Shown piece after piece: positions 1 to 12,451 of a DNA stretch of 32,000 bases. Source of the stretch: Acaryochloris thomasi RCC1774 (GTDB taxonomy: Bacteria; Cyanobacteriota; Cyanobacteriia; Thermosynechococcales; Thermosynechococcaceae). Made by a program: the position numbers and the translations under genes. The stretch spans positions 60,001 through 92,000 of the forward strand of contig NZ_PQWO01000003.1 of NCBI RefSeq assembly GCF_003231495.1. Direction: 5' to 3'. Below the pieces are notes generated by a model, which saw nothing but the letters and a program-made list of their open reading frames with translations, was not told the DNA's origin and searched no databases. How positions within the stretch are numbered: position 1 is the stretch's first letter; each line of letters starts with the position of its first letter.

Positions 1-1182
1 ATTGAACTCGTCAAAGAGGGTTATATCGTCTTCTTCCCAGACTTTCAGCGCAGTGACTATCCCGACACGCTTCCGACAGATTTATTGGTAACACGCGCAG
101 AAGATATCCAGCACTTTCGGCACTGGCTTTCTATTGCGACGCAACTGCCTTCTCAGGGAGATGACCGTCTCTCAGCCAGTGAAACACCGTCACTATATGG
201 AAACGCGCCCCAACAAAAAGAGATGCCTTTGGGACCTGGACTGCAAAAGCCAAAAGTTAGTGATGTACGACGAGTTGCGTGGGCCTTGGTCATCATTATT
301 GGAATCCTGAAGCTACTGAGCTGGTTCCGCCGCGATTACGGGAAAAATCTCATTCACCTGCTGTCAACAGTGGGCATCAGTTTGTTTCACTTCCCCACTG
401 AATGGTTAGCCAATGCGATCAGCTTGCCAGAAGCAGCCTGGGAGAGATTGAGTCAAGATTTTCCCCATTGGGCCACGGAAAAAATGGAGGTCCATGCCTT
501 CGGCCATTCTCTCGGTGGGTTAATGGCTCTCAGCCTTCCTGATGGTTTTAAAGGCAGGCAGGACCAGCGATTTTTCCCGCAGCAGATTGTCACAGCAGAT
601 CCAGCGCCCAGTACTGAGATGGGCATTCCTGGCCCTGCAATCTGGCTCCTTAAGTTATTTAATTCGCCCTTTACCCAAAAACCGGTCCTGATTAGCGAGA
701 CAGGAAAAAGTCTGAACATTCCTGTCGTGATTTTGCACGGTGGGGCGGATAACATCGTCAAACCGCAGCAGTGGGTAGGACAGACAGGAGACACCCCCTC
801 TAATTACGATGCGATCGCAAGTCAAGAGAAAGCCATTTACTTTTCTTACTCCAACCCAGAACCTCAGCCACCTCTGGTAGCCTTTCATAATCAGGCTGTA
901 ACCAGTACTCAATATTATGGAGATGGTCTGTTCAAAAACTTCGGCGGTGTCAAGGATGGACCCAATGCCTATAACTATGAATATGTATGGCCCGGATTAA
1001 ACTTTATTTTTACGGGACAAGCGACGCCAAGAACTCTTCTGGCAAAGCTTTTAGAACTGAGACCAAGGAAGTTTGACATCAAGCCAGTGCCCCCCGAGGC
1101 TCCAAGGAGTAGCTGGGGTTGGATCATCGGACTGTTACTTTTAGCTGGCATCGTTTACTGGGGCTGGCCCCTTGTTCATTAA
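1..1182 (+). CDS. alpha/beta-fold serine hydrolase (esterase/lipase-like), membrane-associated; 5' end outside window
   Basis: Frame 1 is open from base 1 (IELVKEGYIVFFPDF...), so the TTG at 85 in the ORF track is probably not the true start. Nucleophile-elbow motif GHSLGG (HAFGHSLGGLMAL). VVILHGGADNIV and AFHNQ follow in the order expected for a Ser-Asp-His triad. Hydrophobic segments VAWALVIIIGILKLLSWF and WGWIIGLLLLAGIVYWGW. Confidence 0.6.
   Translation: MELVKEGYIVFFPDFQRSDYPDTLPTDLLVTRAEDIQHFRHWLSIATQLPSQGDDRLSASETPSLYGNAPQQKEMPLGPGLQKPKVSDVRRVAWALVIIIGILKLLSWFRRDYGKNLIHLLSTVGISLFHFPTEWLANAISLPEAAWERLSQDFPHWATEKMEVHAFGHSLGGLMALSLPDGFKGRQDQRFFPQQIVTADPAPSTEMGIPGPAIWLLKLFNSPFTQKPVLISETGKSLNIPVVILHGGADNIVKPQQWVGQTGDTPSNYDAIASQEKAIYFSYSNPEPQPPLVAFHNQAVTSTQYYGDGLFKNFGGVKDGPNAYNYEYVWPGLNFIFTGQATPRTLLAKLLELRPRKFDIKPVPPEAPRSSWGWIIGLLLLAGIVYWGWPLVH
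811..818. repeat. HIP1 octamer GCGATCGC (representative copy of 19)
   Basis: Exact copies start at 811, 1490, 3185, 4464, 6274, 8978, 11772, 14454, 18020, 18353, 18502, 19268, 22217, 22865, 23979, 24753, 25120, 27502 and 27687. About 0.5 copies would be expected in 32 kb under equal base frequencies (32000/65536). Confidence 0.9.
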
Positions 1183-1306
1183 TCGATATCTGTGGCAAAA
1201 ATGACTCACACGACCGGTATCATCACCAACGGAGATTTAGAGCCAACTAACGGCAAAGCAAGTCCGATAATATCCACGCTGACTCTACTCGTGGCGCTCA
1301 TCTGAG

Positions 1307-5688
<4,382 letters not shown>

Positions 5689-5715
5689 ACGGGCCTAAGA
5701 ACTCAGAGCAGAACC

Positions 5716-6378
5716 TTAAGCCACACTAGCAAATAGTTCATGGAAAGATTGCTCAGGCGCATCGGGTTGAGCCACAATTTCAACAATCTTGTTGGCAGCT
5801 TCAGGATCAGACAACGCTTCAACGCAAACTTGCGCCACCTTTGTTCGAGGCAAGCTCCCCTCAAATAAGGTATCCGCACCAGACATGACGATTCGATCAT
5901 TATTGTCTTCGTTCTTAAGACCACCGGGTCTAACGATGGTGTACTTCAAGCCACTGGACTGCAGATAGGCTTCTGCTTGTTTTTTCCAGACCAGAATCAA
6001 AAAGAACAAATTGAGGGGATGCAACAGCTTCGATGTACACAGTGATGAGACCATCACAAACTGTTCGAGCTGCTTTTCTTTGGCAACATTGACGAGGTTC
6101 TTCGTGCCCACATAGTCAACGGAATAGGGACCCAGTGGATTAAAGCTAGGCGCGGCACCCGTTGCGCTCAGCAAAACCGTGCTGTCGCCGATCGCATCCA
6201 GTAGCGACTGGGTGTTGAGGACATCGCCGATCACCAGCTCCGCTTCGGGGGGAAGAATTTCTTGCGCTTGGTTGCGATCGCGAACTAACGCCCGTACGTC
6301 AACACCCCGTTCAACCAACTGTGCGACAATTCTTCGTCCCGTATTGCCCGCCGCTCCCGCAACAAATGCTTTTACCAT
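5716..6378 (-). CDS. NAD(P)H-binding atypical SDR (NmrA/Tic62-like Rossmann protein)
   Basis: N-terminal glycine-rich dinucleotide motif VAGAAGNTGRRIV. YTIVRPGGL block. Paralogous to the CDS at 26541..27395. Confidence 0.8.
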   Translation of the reverse strand: MVKAFVAGAAGNTGRRIVAQLVERGVDVRALVRDRNQAQEILPPEAELVIGDVLNTQSLLDAIGDSTVLLSATGAAPSFNPLGPYSVDYVGTKNLVNVAKEKQLEQFVMVSSLCTSKLLHPLNLFFLILVWKKQAEAYLQSSGLKYTIVRPGGLKNEDNNDRIVMSGADTLFEGSLPRTKVAQVCVEALSDPEAANKIVEIVAQPDAPEQSFHELFASVA

Positions 6379-6536
6379 CTCAATTCACGCTTTCGCTTTC
6401 TGACCGATTCTGCATCTCTACTACAATCATCACACAATGACGGTCGTATTCCTGAGCTGCTTCAAACTAGGACTAGCTTAAACAAATGTCCCCGTGGATC
6501 AAGATTCATGCCGTTAGTCGGCCATCACAATCCGAT

Positions 6537-7445
6537 CTACCGCTTGCGATATAAACCAATCAGTTGCCCAGAAAGCGGTCTAGACATTTTATTTGGAAGC
6601 AGATCAAAAGCGGCTTCAACCAACAATCTAGCTCCAAACAAGAAACTCTGATCATTGCTTTTTCGAAAATGACCATGCGTAATGGCACCTCGGCGAAAGT
6701 CAACCAACTCAAATCCGGTGTTTTTTAATATCTCTTCCCATGCCTGAATCGTTTTACAGGACACATGACCATATACGTCTATTTCTTTACCCTCACAGGT
6801 GAACTTGCGAGGTGTTTCTCTAAGTTGTTCAACCTGCTTCAGCATTTTCTTCCGTCTTTTAGACGACCAAAAGCTCCGCTGAAAAACATTTGGCTCATTG
6901 GGAGTTGTTAAAATCAGATAGCCACCGGGTGCAATAAATTCATGAATTTTGGACAGGAATTTTTCTGGCTCTGGAATATGCTCAATAACCTCAGAGCAGT
7001 ATAAAAAATCAGCCTGTCCGTAATGGGATGGGAATTTGAGTTCAGCAAAGTCCATCCAAGAAAAGCTAATATTATCTGACTCTGAACAGTTCTCTAGATG
7101 AAATCTTCTTCTTAGATTACACAGCTCTAAATGCTTGGGCGCACCTTCGAATCCAACATATTTAAAGCTATCTTTTTTCTGCTCTAGGATGCTCCTGATT
7201 GCAAATATTTCGACACCATGACCACAGCCAAGCTCGACAAAGAGCTTCTGTGATTCCCTGTCTTTTGGCGAGAACAAATCGATATTATCTCTAACAAGTT
7301 CAACAACCTTGTTTGTTTTTCGATGCCAAAAATAAAGTACTGACGGAGATTTATTCTGCAGATCATCCTCTACTCCGAAAGAAAATTCTCTTTTCCAGTA
7401 GGAATATTCTTCCTTAAGGTCTAATTGCACTATTTCTTTAGACAT
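6537..7445 (-). CDS. class I SAM-dependent methyltransferase (small-molecule type), in a low-GC patch
   Basis: Motif I VELGCGHG, post-I/II blocks LYCSEVIEHIPEPEKFL and GGYLILTTPN. No DPPY/NPPY DNA-methyltransferase motif. Hand count of G+C in two 60-nt lines inside the gene gives 23/60 and 19/60, against 36/60 in a line of the ROK gene. Confidence 0.8.
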   Translation of the reverse strand: MSKEIVQLDLKEEYSYWKREFSFGVEDDLQNKSPSVLYFWHRKTNKVVELVRDNIDLFSPKDRESQKLFVELGCGHGVEIFAIRSILEQKKDSFKYVGFEGAPKHLELCNLRRRFHLENCSESDNISFSWMDFAELKFPSHYGQADFLYCSEVIEHIPEPEKFLSKIHEFIAPGGYLILTTPNEPNVFQRSFWSSKRRKKMLKQVEQLRETPRKFTCEGKEIDVYGHVSCKTIQAWEEILKNTGFELVDFRRGAITHGHFRKSNDQSFLFGARLLVEAAFDLLPNKMSRPLSGQLIGLYRKR

Positions 7446-7803
7446 TTAATTTCCTTGCTCCGACTCCTGTGTTTATGAGTTCAAAGACTGTAGCAATGCA
7501 TCAACAGACTGTTGACAACTGTAGGATTTCAATAATCTGTTGTACGAAATATGATGGAGATCTTACATTGTATGGTCAAAAAAGTTATATGAAAGATATA
7601 AAAAAACTGTATTACGATTGTCCTGCTCAACGATCTTTGAGGGGCTTGCATTTCTGCATACTCTACAAAGGCTGGTCGGCCGTAGACCGAGCCTCAACTG
7701 CCGCAAACCTAAAATATCAGCTGCCAGAGCTGACGCTAGCCTACATACTTCAAACATGAATACCATACTATAAAGTACCAAGAAAGTCGTACAGCCTAGA
7801 GAA

Positions 7804-7837
7804 GCTCAGTTGAAGAGCTCACAGGGTTCAAATTCCC
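7804..7837 (+). other. tRNA-like relic: D-arm-like and T-arm-like sequences with no anticodon arm
   Basis: GCTC-AGTTGAA-GAGC (7804..7818) resembles the canonical tRNA D-arm GCTCAGTTGGTAGAGC. It is followed 5 nt later by GGGTTCAAATTCCC (7824..7837), resembling a T-arm with a TTCAAAT loop. No anticodon stem and no complementary acceptor stem are present. Confidence 0.2.
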
Positions 7838-7932
7838 AAGCCTTCTGTTCGACAGCAAGCCGATGTTCTTCGTTTCGAGCCACAGAACCCTTTACCATAT
7901 CGATAGATTTGAACTTCACCTCAAATACCTCC

Positions 7933-9138
7933 ATGACTACGACTCCCTTAAGCTGGCCGGAACTGGAAGCACTAGCGGCGGCTCCCATCGATACAACCCA
8001 CGGCCCCACTAACGCCCAAGCCAGCCTCCGTCTCTTTGGTCACGCTGAATCTGAGATTCAAGTCACGCTATACCGAGACAACCATGCCTGGTGCCCGTAC
8101 TGCCAAAAGGTGTGGCTGTGGCTAGAGGAAAAAGAGATTCCCTATCGGATCGAGAAGGTGACGATGTTTTGCTATGGGGAGAAGGAACGCTGGTTTAAAC
8201 GCATTGTGCCGTCAGGAATGCTGCCCGCCGTGGAGCTGAACGGTCGACTAATTACTGAAAGTGATGATATTCTCATTGCTCTAGAGCAGGTCTTTGGGCC
8301 TCTGAGCCGCAGCCTCAAAGATCGGAAAGTTATTCCCTTACGGCAGCTAGAGCGGCTTCTGTTTAGGGCTTGGTGTTCATGGCTGTGTTACCCCACCCGA
8401 TCAGCGCGAGAAGAGCAGCGCAATCGAGAACAGTTTGTCGGGGTAGTCGCGAAGGTGGAGAAGGCGCTGGCAGCAACGCCGGGTCCATACTTCTTAGAGG
8501 AATTTGGAGCCGCCGACGTGATTTTTACGCCCTACGTCGAACGGATGAATGCCAGTCTGTACTATTACAAAGGCTATTCCTTGCGCGAAGAAAACCCTGG
8601 TTTCTCGGACTGGTTTGATGCAATGGAAAGCCGCCCCACCTATCGTGGAACACAGAGTGATTTTCACACCCATGTCCATGATTTACCGCCCCAAATGGGT
8701 GGGTGCTACGAGAATGGCGAACCTCAAGCACAGCTCAATCAAACACGCGTTGATCACGGGCCGTGGGCCGAATTGCCAGACGCTACCTATCCAGAGCCTG
8801 AGACGTCTCAAACCGAAGCACTCCATCGTGTTGCGAAGCACCGCGACAATATTATCCAGATCAATCCGGCCCAGAATGAGCTGTTTGATGAAGCGCTGCG
8901 CTGCGCATTGACGTATATGGTGACTGATGAACGGTGTACACCTCCGGCGAAAACGGATATGGGGCTGCGATATTTGCGCGATCGCATCAGCGTCCCCAGA
9001 GATATGTCGATCTACGCCGCCAAACGCCTGCGGAAAGCCCTAGAGGAAACCGCAGCTTTAGTGGGAGATCATCAGGGCCCACCCATTCCCGTTAGGCATC
9101 GACGAGACCAAGACCCGGCCAACTTTGCAAAGCCTTAG
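7933..9138 (+). CDS. glutathione S-transferase family protein with glutaredoxin-like CPYC active site
   Basis: Thioredoxin-fold N-terminus ([26 protein letters not shown] ... [18 protein letters not shown]) followed by a helical GST-C-like region. The ATG at 7933 is preferred over the TTG at 7810, whose extension runs through the low-complexity, tRNA-like region. Confidence 0.7.
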   Translation: MTTTPLSWPELEALAAAPIDTTHGPTNAQASLRLFGHAESEIQVTLYRDNHAWCPYCQKVWLWLEEKEIPYRIEKVTMFCYGEKERWFKRIVPSGMLPAVELNGRLITESDDILIALEQVFGPLSRSLKDRKVIPLRQLERLLFRAWCSWLCYPTRSAREEQRNREQFVGVVAKVEKALAATPGPYFLEEFGAADVIFTPYVERMNASLYYYKGYSLREENPGFSDWFDAMESRPTYRGTQSDFHTHVHDLPPQMGGCYENGEPQAQLNQTRVDHGPWAELPDATYPEPETSQTEALHRVAKHRDNIIQINPAQNELFDEALRCALTYMVTDERCTPPAKTDMGLRYLRDRISVPRDMSIYAAKRLRKALEETAALVGDHQGPPIPVRHRRDQDPANFAKP

Positions 9139-9899
9139 CTGCGCTGCATTGTTTGCCGACTGTAGTAAAACCAGAACACCAGCAGCGGGGTTGCTAAACA
9201 AGCCAAGATAAACAGCGTCACAACCCCAGACAGACCTGCAGGCCCATGAGCGAGACGGACAAAATCGTGATCTAAGACGCCGCCTTTACCTTGTATATAA
9301 ATCTGCCGTATCTCTGGGTCAAACAACAGGTTATGGGCAAACTTTAGATCGTAGAGAAAGATGTAGGAGGCCAACATTCCATAAACAGGTCGCTCTGCCG
9401 CCATCCGACAGGCGGCACCGCTGAGGGCGCGATAGAGGAATAGCCCCGCGAACCCCAGTTCAAAGCCGTGGCCCATGCTCACCATCAAAGTTTCCTGGAG
9501 GCCAGTGAACGCAAACAGGGTGTACACAACACCAATGCTCAGCAGAATTTGCGAGAGACGGACTTCGGAACGAAAGCGGTACAGTCCATATCCCCAGGCT
9601 GAATACAGCAAAAACAGGATAGGGGTAAAGCGCTCATTGGCCTGCAGCGTAATACCGCCCCCATGCACAAAATCAAAGCTGGGGATAGCTGGATAGCCAA
9701 ACAGCCACGAGATCGCAGCATGCCCAAACTCATGCACCAAAGTCACCAGTGGACTGAGGATAAAGGTGAGTTGCGGCGAAGCCAGAATAATCAGCGCGAG
9801 TACAAAGCCGATCGCTAGAGTACGTCCCGCTTCAGCATCCAGCAGAGGCGGATCCGGCCGTCGAGGGCGTCTTGAGGGTGGGATGCGACGAGGTGACAT
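9135..9899 (-). CDS. integral membrane HExxH metalloprotease-like protein (M50/site-2-protease-like)
   Basis: HEFGH within a hydrophobic helix ([20 protein letters not shown]), several further predicted TM helices, ATG start. The family assignment is from the motif only. Confidence 0.55.
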   Translation of the reverse strand: MSPRRIPPSRRPRRPDPPLLDAEAGRTLAIGFVLALIILASPQLTFILSPLVTLVHEFGHAAISWLFGYPAIPSFDFVHGGGITLQANERFTPILFLLYSAWGYGLYRFRSEVRLSQILLSIGVVYTLFAFTGLQETLMVSMGHGFELGFAGLFLYRALSGAACRMAAERPVYGMLASYIFLYDLKFAHNLLFDPEIRQIYIQGKGGVLDHDFVRLAHGPAGLSGVVTLFILACLATPLLVFWFYYSRQTMQRS

Positions 9900-9953
9900 A
9901 TCCTTAGACTGCCCGACTTTTAAGGCTCCCTATACACAGTCCCTATACATAGA

Positions 9954-9980
9954 GTTAGCGGCTAGAAGGTCTGGGTTAAG
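9954..9980. repeat. IS terminal inverted repeat (left)
   Basis: GTTAGCGGCTAGAAGGTCTGGGTTAAG is the exact reverse complement of 11582..11608. Confidence 0.95.
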
Positions 9981-11511
9981 GATTAGTAGCGAGAGGCAGA
10001 GTTTGCCGATCAACCCAATAGAGATCCCATGCCCGATTGAGCATGACTGTCTTCATTGCAGCGAGTGCATCAGCCGTGGCTTCCGACCAATGCATCCCTT
10101 TATTTTTCTGGCGTTTAGCGACAATCAGATCACAGGCTTTCTCTGCATGAGCACTACCCATATATTGTCGGTTTAGACGACGCTCATTGTAATTAACTAT
10201 GTAAGGTTTACGAGCCTTGAGATAGTCAATTAATTCTTGGAGCTTCTGCTCATTTTTGGTATGCGGGCGGCAAGCTTCTAGCGCTTTAATAGCTGGACCT
10301 ATCCGTCCTATCCATAGAGAGGAATTGAGCTTACTCTTGAGTGCCTTCTTTTCTTGCTGAGTCGAACAAATCATCCCGGCAAAATCAGCACATTTTCGAT
10401 GAAGGTGATACCAGTCAAGGAGTAGCTCCTTCTGGGTAAACTCACTCAGGTCCCTGTCGAAATAATTGCGAATCCACTTGGCCCCATCTCCCAGCAGTGT
10501 CACCCAACCATTGAATCCAGCACAGAACACTAACAGCAGAGACATTTGTCTGAGCACCAGTGAGCCGGTCCCACTCAAATACCGATATCCCGTAGCAGTG
10601 GCAATCCGAGCCACCCGAATGGTTAACCATTTACTCGCCTGTGGCCGACGAACCAAAATGTCATCGGTTGCCGCGATGGTCTGGTCTGGCTGAATTTCAG
10701 GCCCCAAGCGTCGTAGTTTTTCAACTGGCCAGCAAGCCGCTTCACCAGCGCGGGCTTCTAGAACCCGTTGCCAATCTTGTTGAGTGACACCCTCAGGGGC
10801 TTTGGGATTAGGGTTGGCTAGGGCTTGCTCCACTGCAGCCGTTAATTCCACCGGCCATGCAGCACGGTGTCGAGGAGCCTCTGCATCAATGAGATTGACC
10901 TCAAACTTGCTCAGGTCACTTTGGTCTTCCAGTTGCTTTGCTTCTTCGGCTTCAGCCGCTCGGATCATCTCACCATGTCGTTGCACCAAGCGACTGACTT
11001 CCCCTCTAGAAATCACTTTGGGCTGCTGGGTTTGCCAGCCCAGTAATCGTTCAACTGTTCGGAAGGGTAAATCTTGCGGGAATAAGCAGGCCCACTCTTG
11101 GAGCGCTCGGGTAATAATCGTTCCATTATGCTCGGGCAATAGGTCATTTCCAGGCATGAGATGTTTGCCGGTCTGCGAGTTAAAACACACTTGTCGTTGG
11201 AAATGCAAAATGCCCAAACGACACGCTATCTTTTGGCTAGCGTAGCCATCGCGCTCCACGACATCCGGGTCAAATTGAGCACTGTAGTCATCGACTTGCT
11301 GTTGGTCGAGTTGATCCCAATGAAGGCACAACAGATGACGCATCACCTCTTGACCAATGGTGATAGTCTGGTGCTCTAAAGCATCCAAAGTCTGGCTGAG
11401 TGCTTGAGCATTTAATTCCAGATTAGGAACAGGTATCCGATTGAATTCACTCACGGGCGATGAAGGTGAATCGTCTTCAACCCAACCTATTGAAATACAC
11501 AAGTGACCCAT
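9976..11511 (-). CDS. DDE transposase (ISKra4-like)
   Basis: Candidate DDE triad blocks: AATDDILVR, LLGDGAKWIRNYF with LLDWYHLHRKC, and GSAHAEKACDLIVAKRQKNKGMHWSE. That last block follows the GSGxVE...R.K..GM.WS pattern I associate with ISKra4/ISLre2-type transposases. Confidence 0.8.
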   Translation of the reverse strand: MGHLCISIGWVEDDSPSSPVSEFNRIPVPNLELNAQALSQTLDALEHQTITIGQEVMRHLLCLHWDQLDQQQVDDYSAQFDPDVVERDGYASQKIACRLGILHFQRQVCFNSQTGKHLMPGNDLLPEHNGTIITRALQEWACLFPQDLPFRTVERLLGWQTQQPKVISRGEVSRLVQRHGEMIRAAEAEEAKQLEDQSDLSKFEVNLIDAEAPRHRAAWPVELTAAVEQALANPNPKAPEGVTQQDWQRVLEARAGEAACWPVEKLRRLGPEIQPDQTIAATDDILVRRPQASKWLTIRVARIATATGYRYLSGTGSLVLRQMSLLLVFCAGFNGWVTLLGDGAKWIRNYFDRDLSEFTQKELLLDWYHLHRKCADFAGMICSTQQEKKALKSKLNSSLWIGRIGPAIKALEACRPHTKNEQKLQELIDYLKARKPYIVNYNERRLNRQYMGSAHAEKACDLIVAKRQKNKGMHWSEATADALAAMKTVMLNRAWDLYWVDRQTLPLATNP

Positions 11512-11581
11512 CAGATGTCCTACCAGTAAGGAACGGAATAACCTTCTTCCCTACCCTATCAGGCATTAGCGATTTTATTTG

Positions 11582-11608
11582 CTTAACCCAGACCTTCTAG
11601 CCGCTAAC
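11582..11608. repeat. IS terminal inverted repeat (right)
   Basis: CTTAACCCAGACCTTCTAGCCGCTAAC is the exact reverse complement of 9954..9980. It contains the last three codons (V-S-G) and the TAG stop of the CDS at 11597..12286. Confidence 0.95.
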
Positions 11609-12286
11609 AAGAGGAATCAGATCGCCAGTGGCGGACTTGCCGATTTCGCTCAGAATCGCGGTGGTGACTGCGCTAGAGATAGCCTCTAGTAGCTTGCTCT
11701 CTGCGTTATAAGTATCTAAATTCGTGACCTCAATATCCTCGATTTCTAGGGTGCGGGTTAGACCTAAGTTTGCGATCGCAGATACTTTAACTTGGGCATC
11801 AACTCCTCGAATCGTCAGTCGCTCAATTTCAATCTGCTTCCCTGAGCCAGACCCAGAACTGCCACCGCTGTTGCTACTCCCTTTAGATGCCTGCAGCTGA
11901 TCAACAATGGTAGCGATATTATTGCGAGCCAGCTTTTGCTCTAGCTGAATCTGTACTCCCTCCACGGCAATGGACTGGATCTGAACGGTATCCTGCCAGA
12001 GCGTATCAGGATCGAGCTTAATGTCTAAACGGTCTACCTTGAGAACATAGGGTGTCTTGAAGCCATCAGGATTACTGAGCAGGAGTGTATCAATGCTAAA
12101 TTCACCTTGAAAAGGCTGAGAATCGACATCTCTGAGTTGGGCCTCAACACCCGTCACGGAGCGCAGCGTCCGCTCCAACATAGAATCTAGAATCGCATCT
12201 CGCTGCAGCCAACCAATCCCAGCAAACACAACACCGAGCGTCAGCCCTCCCCCTAAAACACCGAGAATTAGCGTTCCTTTACCCAT
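11597..12286 (-). CDS. membrane-anchored hypothetical protein; 3' end supplied by the IS
   Basis: ATG start. N-terminal TM helix (TLILGVLGGGLTLGVVFAGIGWL), repetitive beta-rich body, Gly/Ser linker (SKGSSNSGGSSGSGSG). No family recognised. The last 12 nt, including the stop, lie within the IS right inverted repeat. Confidence 0.6.
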   Translation of the reverse strand: MGKGTLILGVLGGGLTLGVVFAGIGWLQRDAILDSMLERTLRSVTGVEAQLRDVDSQPFQGEFSIDTLLLSNPDGFKTPYVLKVDRLDIKLDPDTLWQDTVQIQSIAVEGVQIQLEQKLARNNIATIVDQLQASKGSSNSGGSSGSGSGKQIEIERLTIRGVDAQVKVSAIANLGLTRTLEIEDIEVTNLDTYNAESKLLEAISSAVTTAILSEIGKSATGDLIPLVSG

Positions 12287-12383
12287 GCCTGCACCTCACC
12301 TACTATTGTTCTGACCGAGCCACCGTATCGCTTAGTTCCCGCCAGCGCTTCCCTCAGCAGAGGTTTGACAATTTCAATGGAGC

Positions 12384-12415
12384 ATAAAAACAGGGGCATG
12401 GCTAACCATACCCCT
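12384..12415 (-). terminator. intrinsic terminator downstream of the RTX/haloperoxidase-like gene
   Basis: On the minus strand: AGGGGTATGG-TTAG-CCATGCCCCT followed by GTTTTTAT. This gives a 10-bp stem (one U-G wobble) and a U-run, 37 nt after the stop at 12452. On the plus strand the same position is a C-A mismatch, so the structure favours the minus strand. Confidence 0.65.
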
Positions 12416-12451
12416 ATCTGATTGATTCAAGGTGAAGAGAAAGTGAAAACC

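Larger units (their letters stand above)
9954..11608 (-). mobile_element. complete insertion sequence, 1655 bp, ISKra4-like (family tentative)
   Basis: A single transposase ORF is bounded by perfect 27-bp terminal inverted repeats (9954..9980 and 11582..11608). The transposase stop codon lies inside the left repeat. No target-site duplication was recognised. Confidence 0.85.

Noticed and set aside
453-912. Nested and antisense ORFs inside confident genes (for example 453..794, 655..912, 1311..1658, 3050..3512, 4402..5214, 8370..8911, 10442..11379, 12532..14220, 17923..19487, 21936..22398, 24650..25921)
   Set aside because: They lie wholly inside, or antisense to, genes with strong motif support. 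They have no motifs of their own and are the expected by-product of GC-rich coding sequence.
1201-1305. 34-codon ORF (MTHTTGIITNGDLEPTNGKASPIISTLTLLVALI) ending 1 nt before the ROK start
   Set aside because: The tight spacing and hydrophobic tail are suggestive. There is no Shine-Dalgarno sequence and no resemblance to small photosystem or cytochrome subunits I know, so support is insufficient.
7469-7781. 96-aa plus-strand and 72-aa minus-strand ORFs in the AT-rich spacer
   Set aside because: They overlap each other and have no motifs, an odd composition (Cys/Tyr/Lys rich) and no ribosome-binding context. They are typical chance ORFs in AT-rich DNA.
7810-7932. TTG-initiated 41-codon extension of the GST-like ORF
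   Set aside because: It is a low-complexity Ser-rich translation running through the tRNA-like relic. The thioredoxin-fold domain follows the ATG at 7933.
9941-9953. Search for a target-site duplication flanking the IS (left flank ...CATAGA, right flank AAGAGG...)
   Set aside because: No direct repeat of 2 nt or more could be aligned convincingly at the two junctions, so none is claimed.
12365-12390. Plus-strand TTGACA ... TAAAAA promoter-like hexamers
   Set aside because: They would drive transcription antisense into the RTX gene. The A-run is better explained as the U-tract of the minus-strand terminator.
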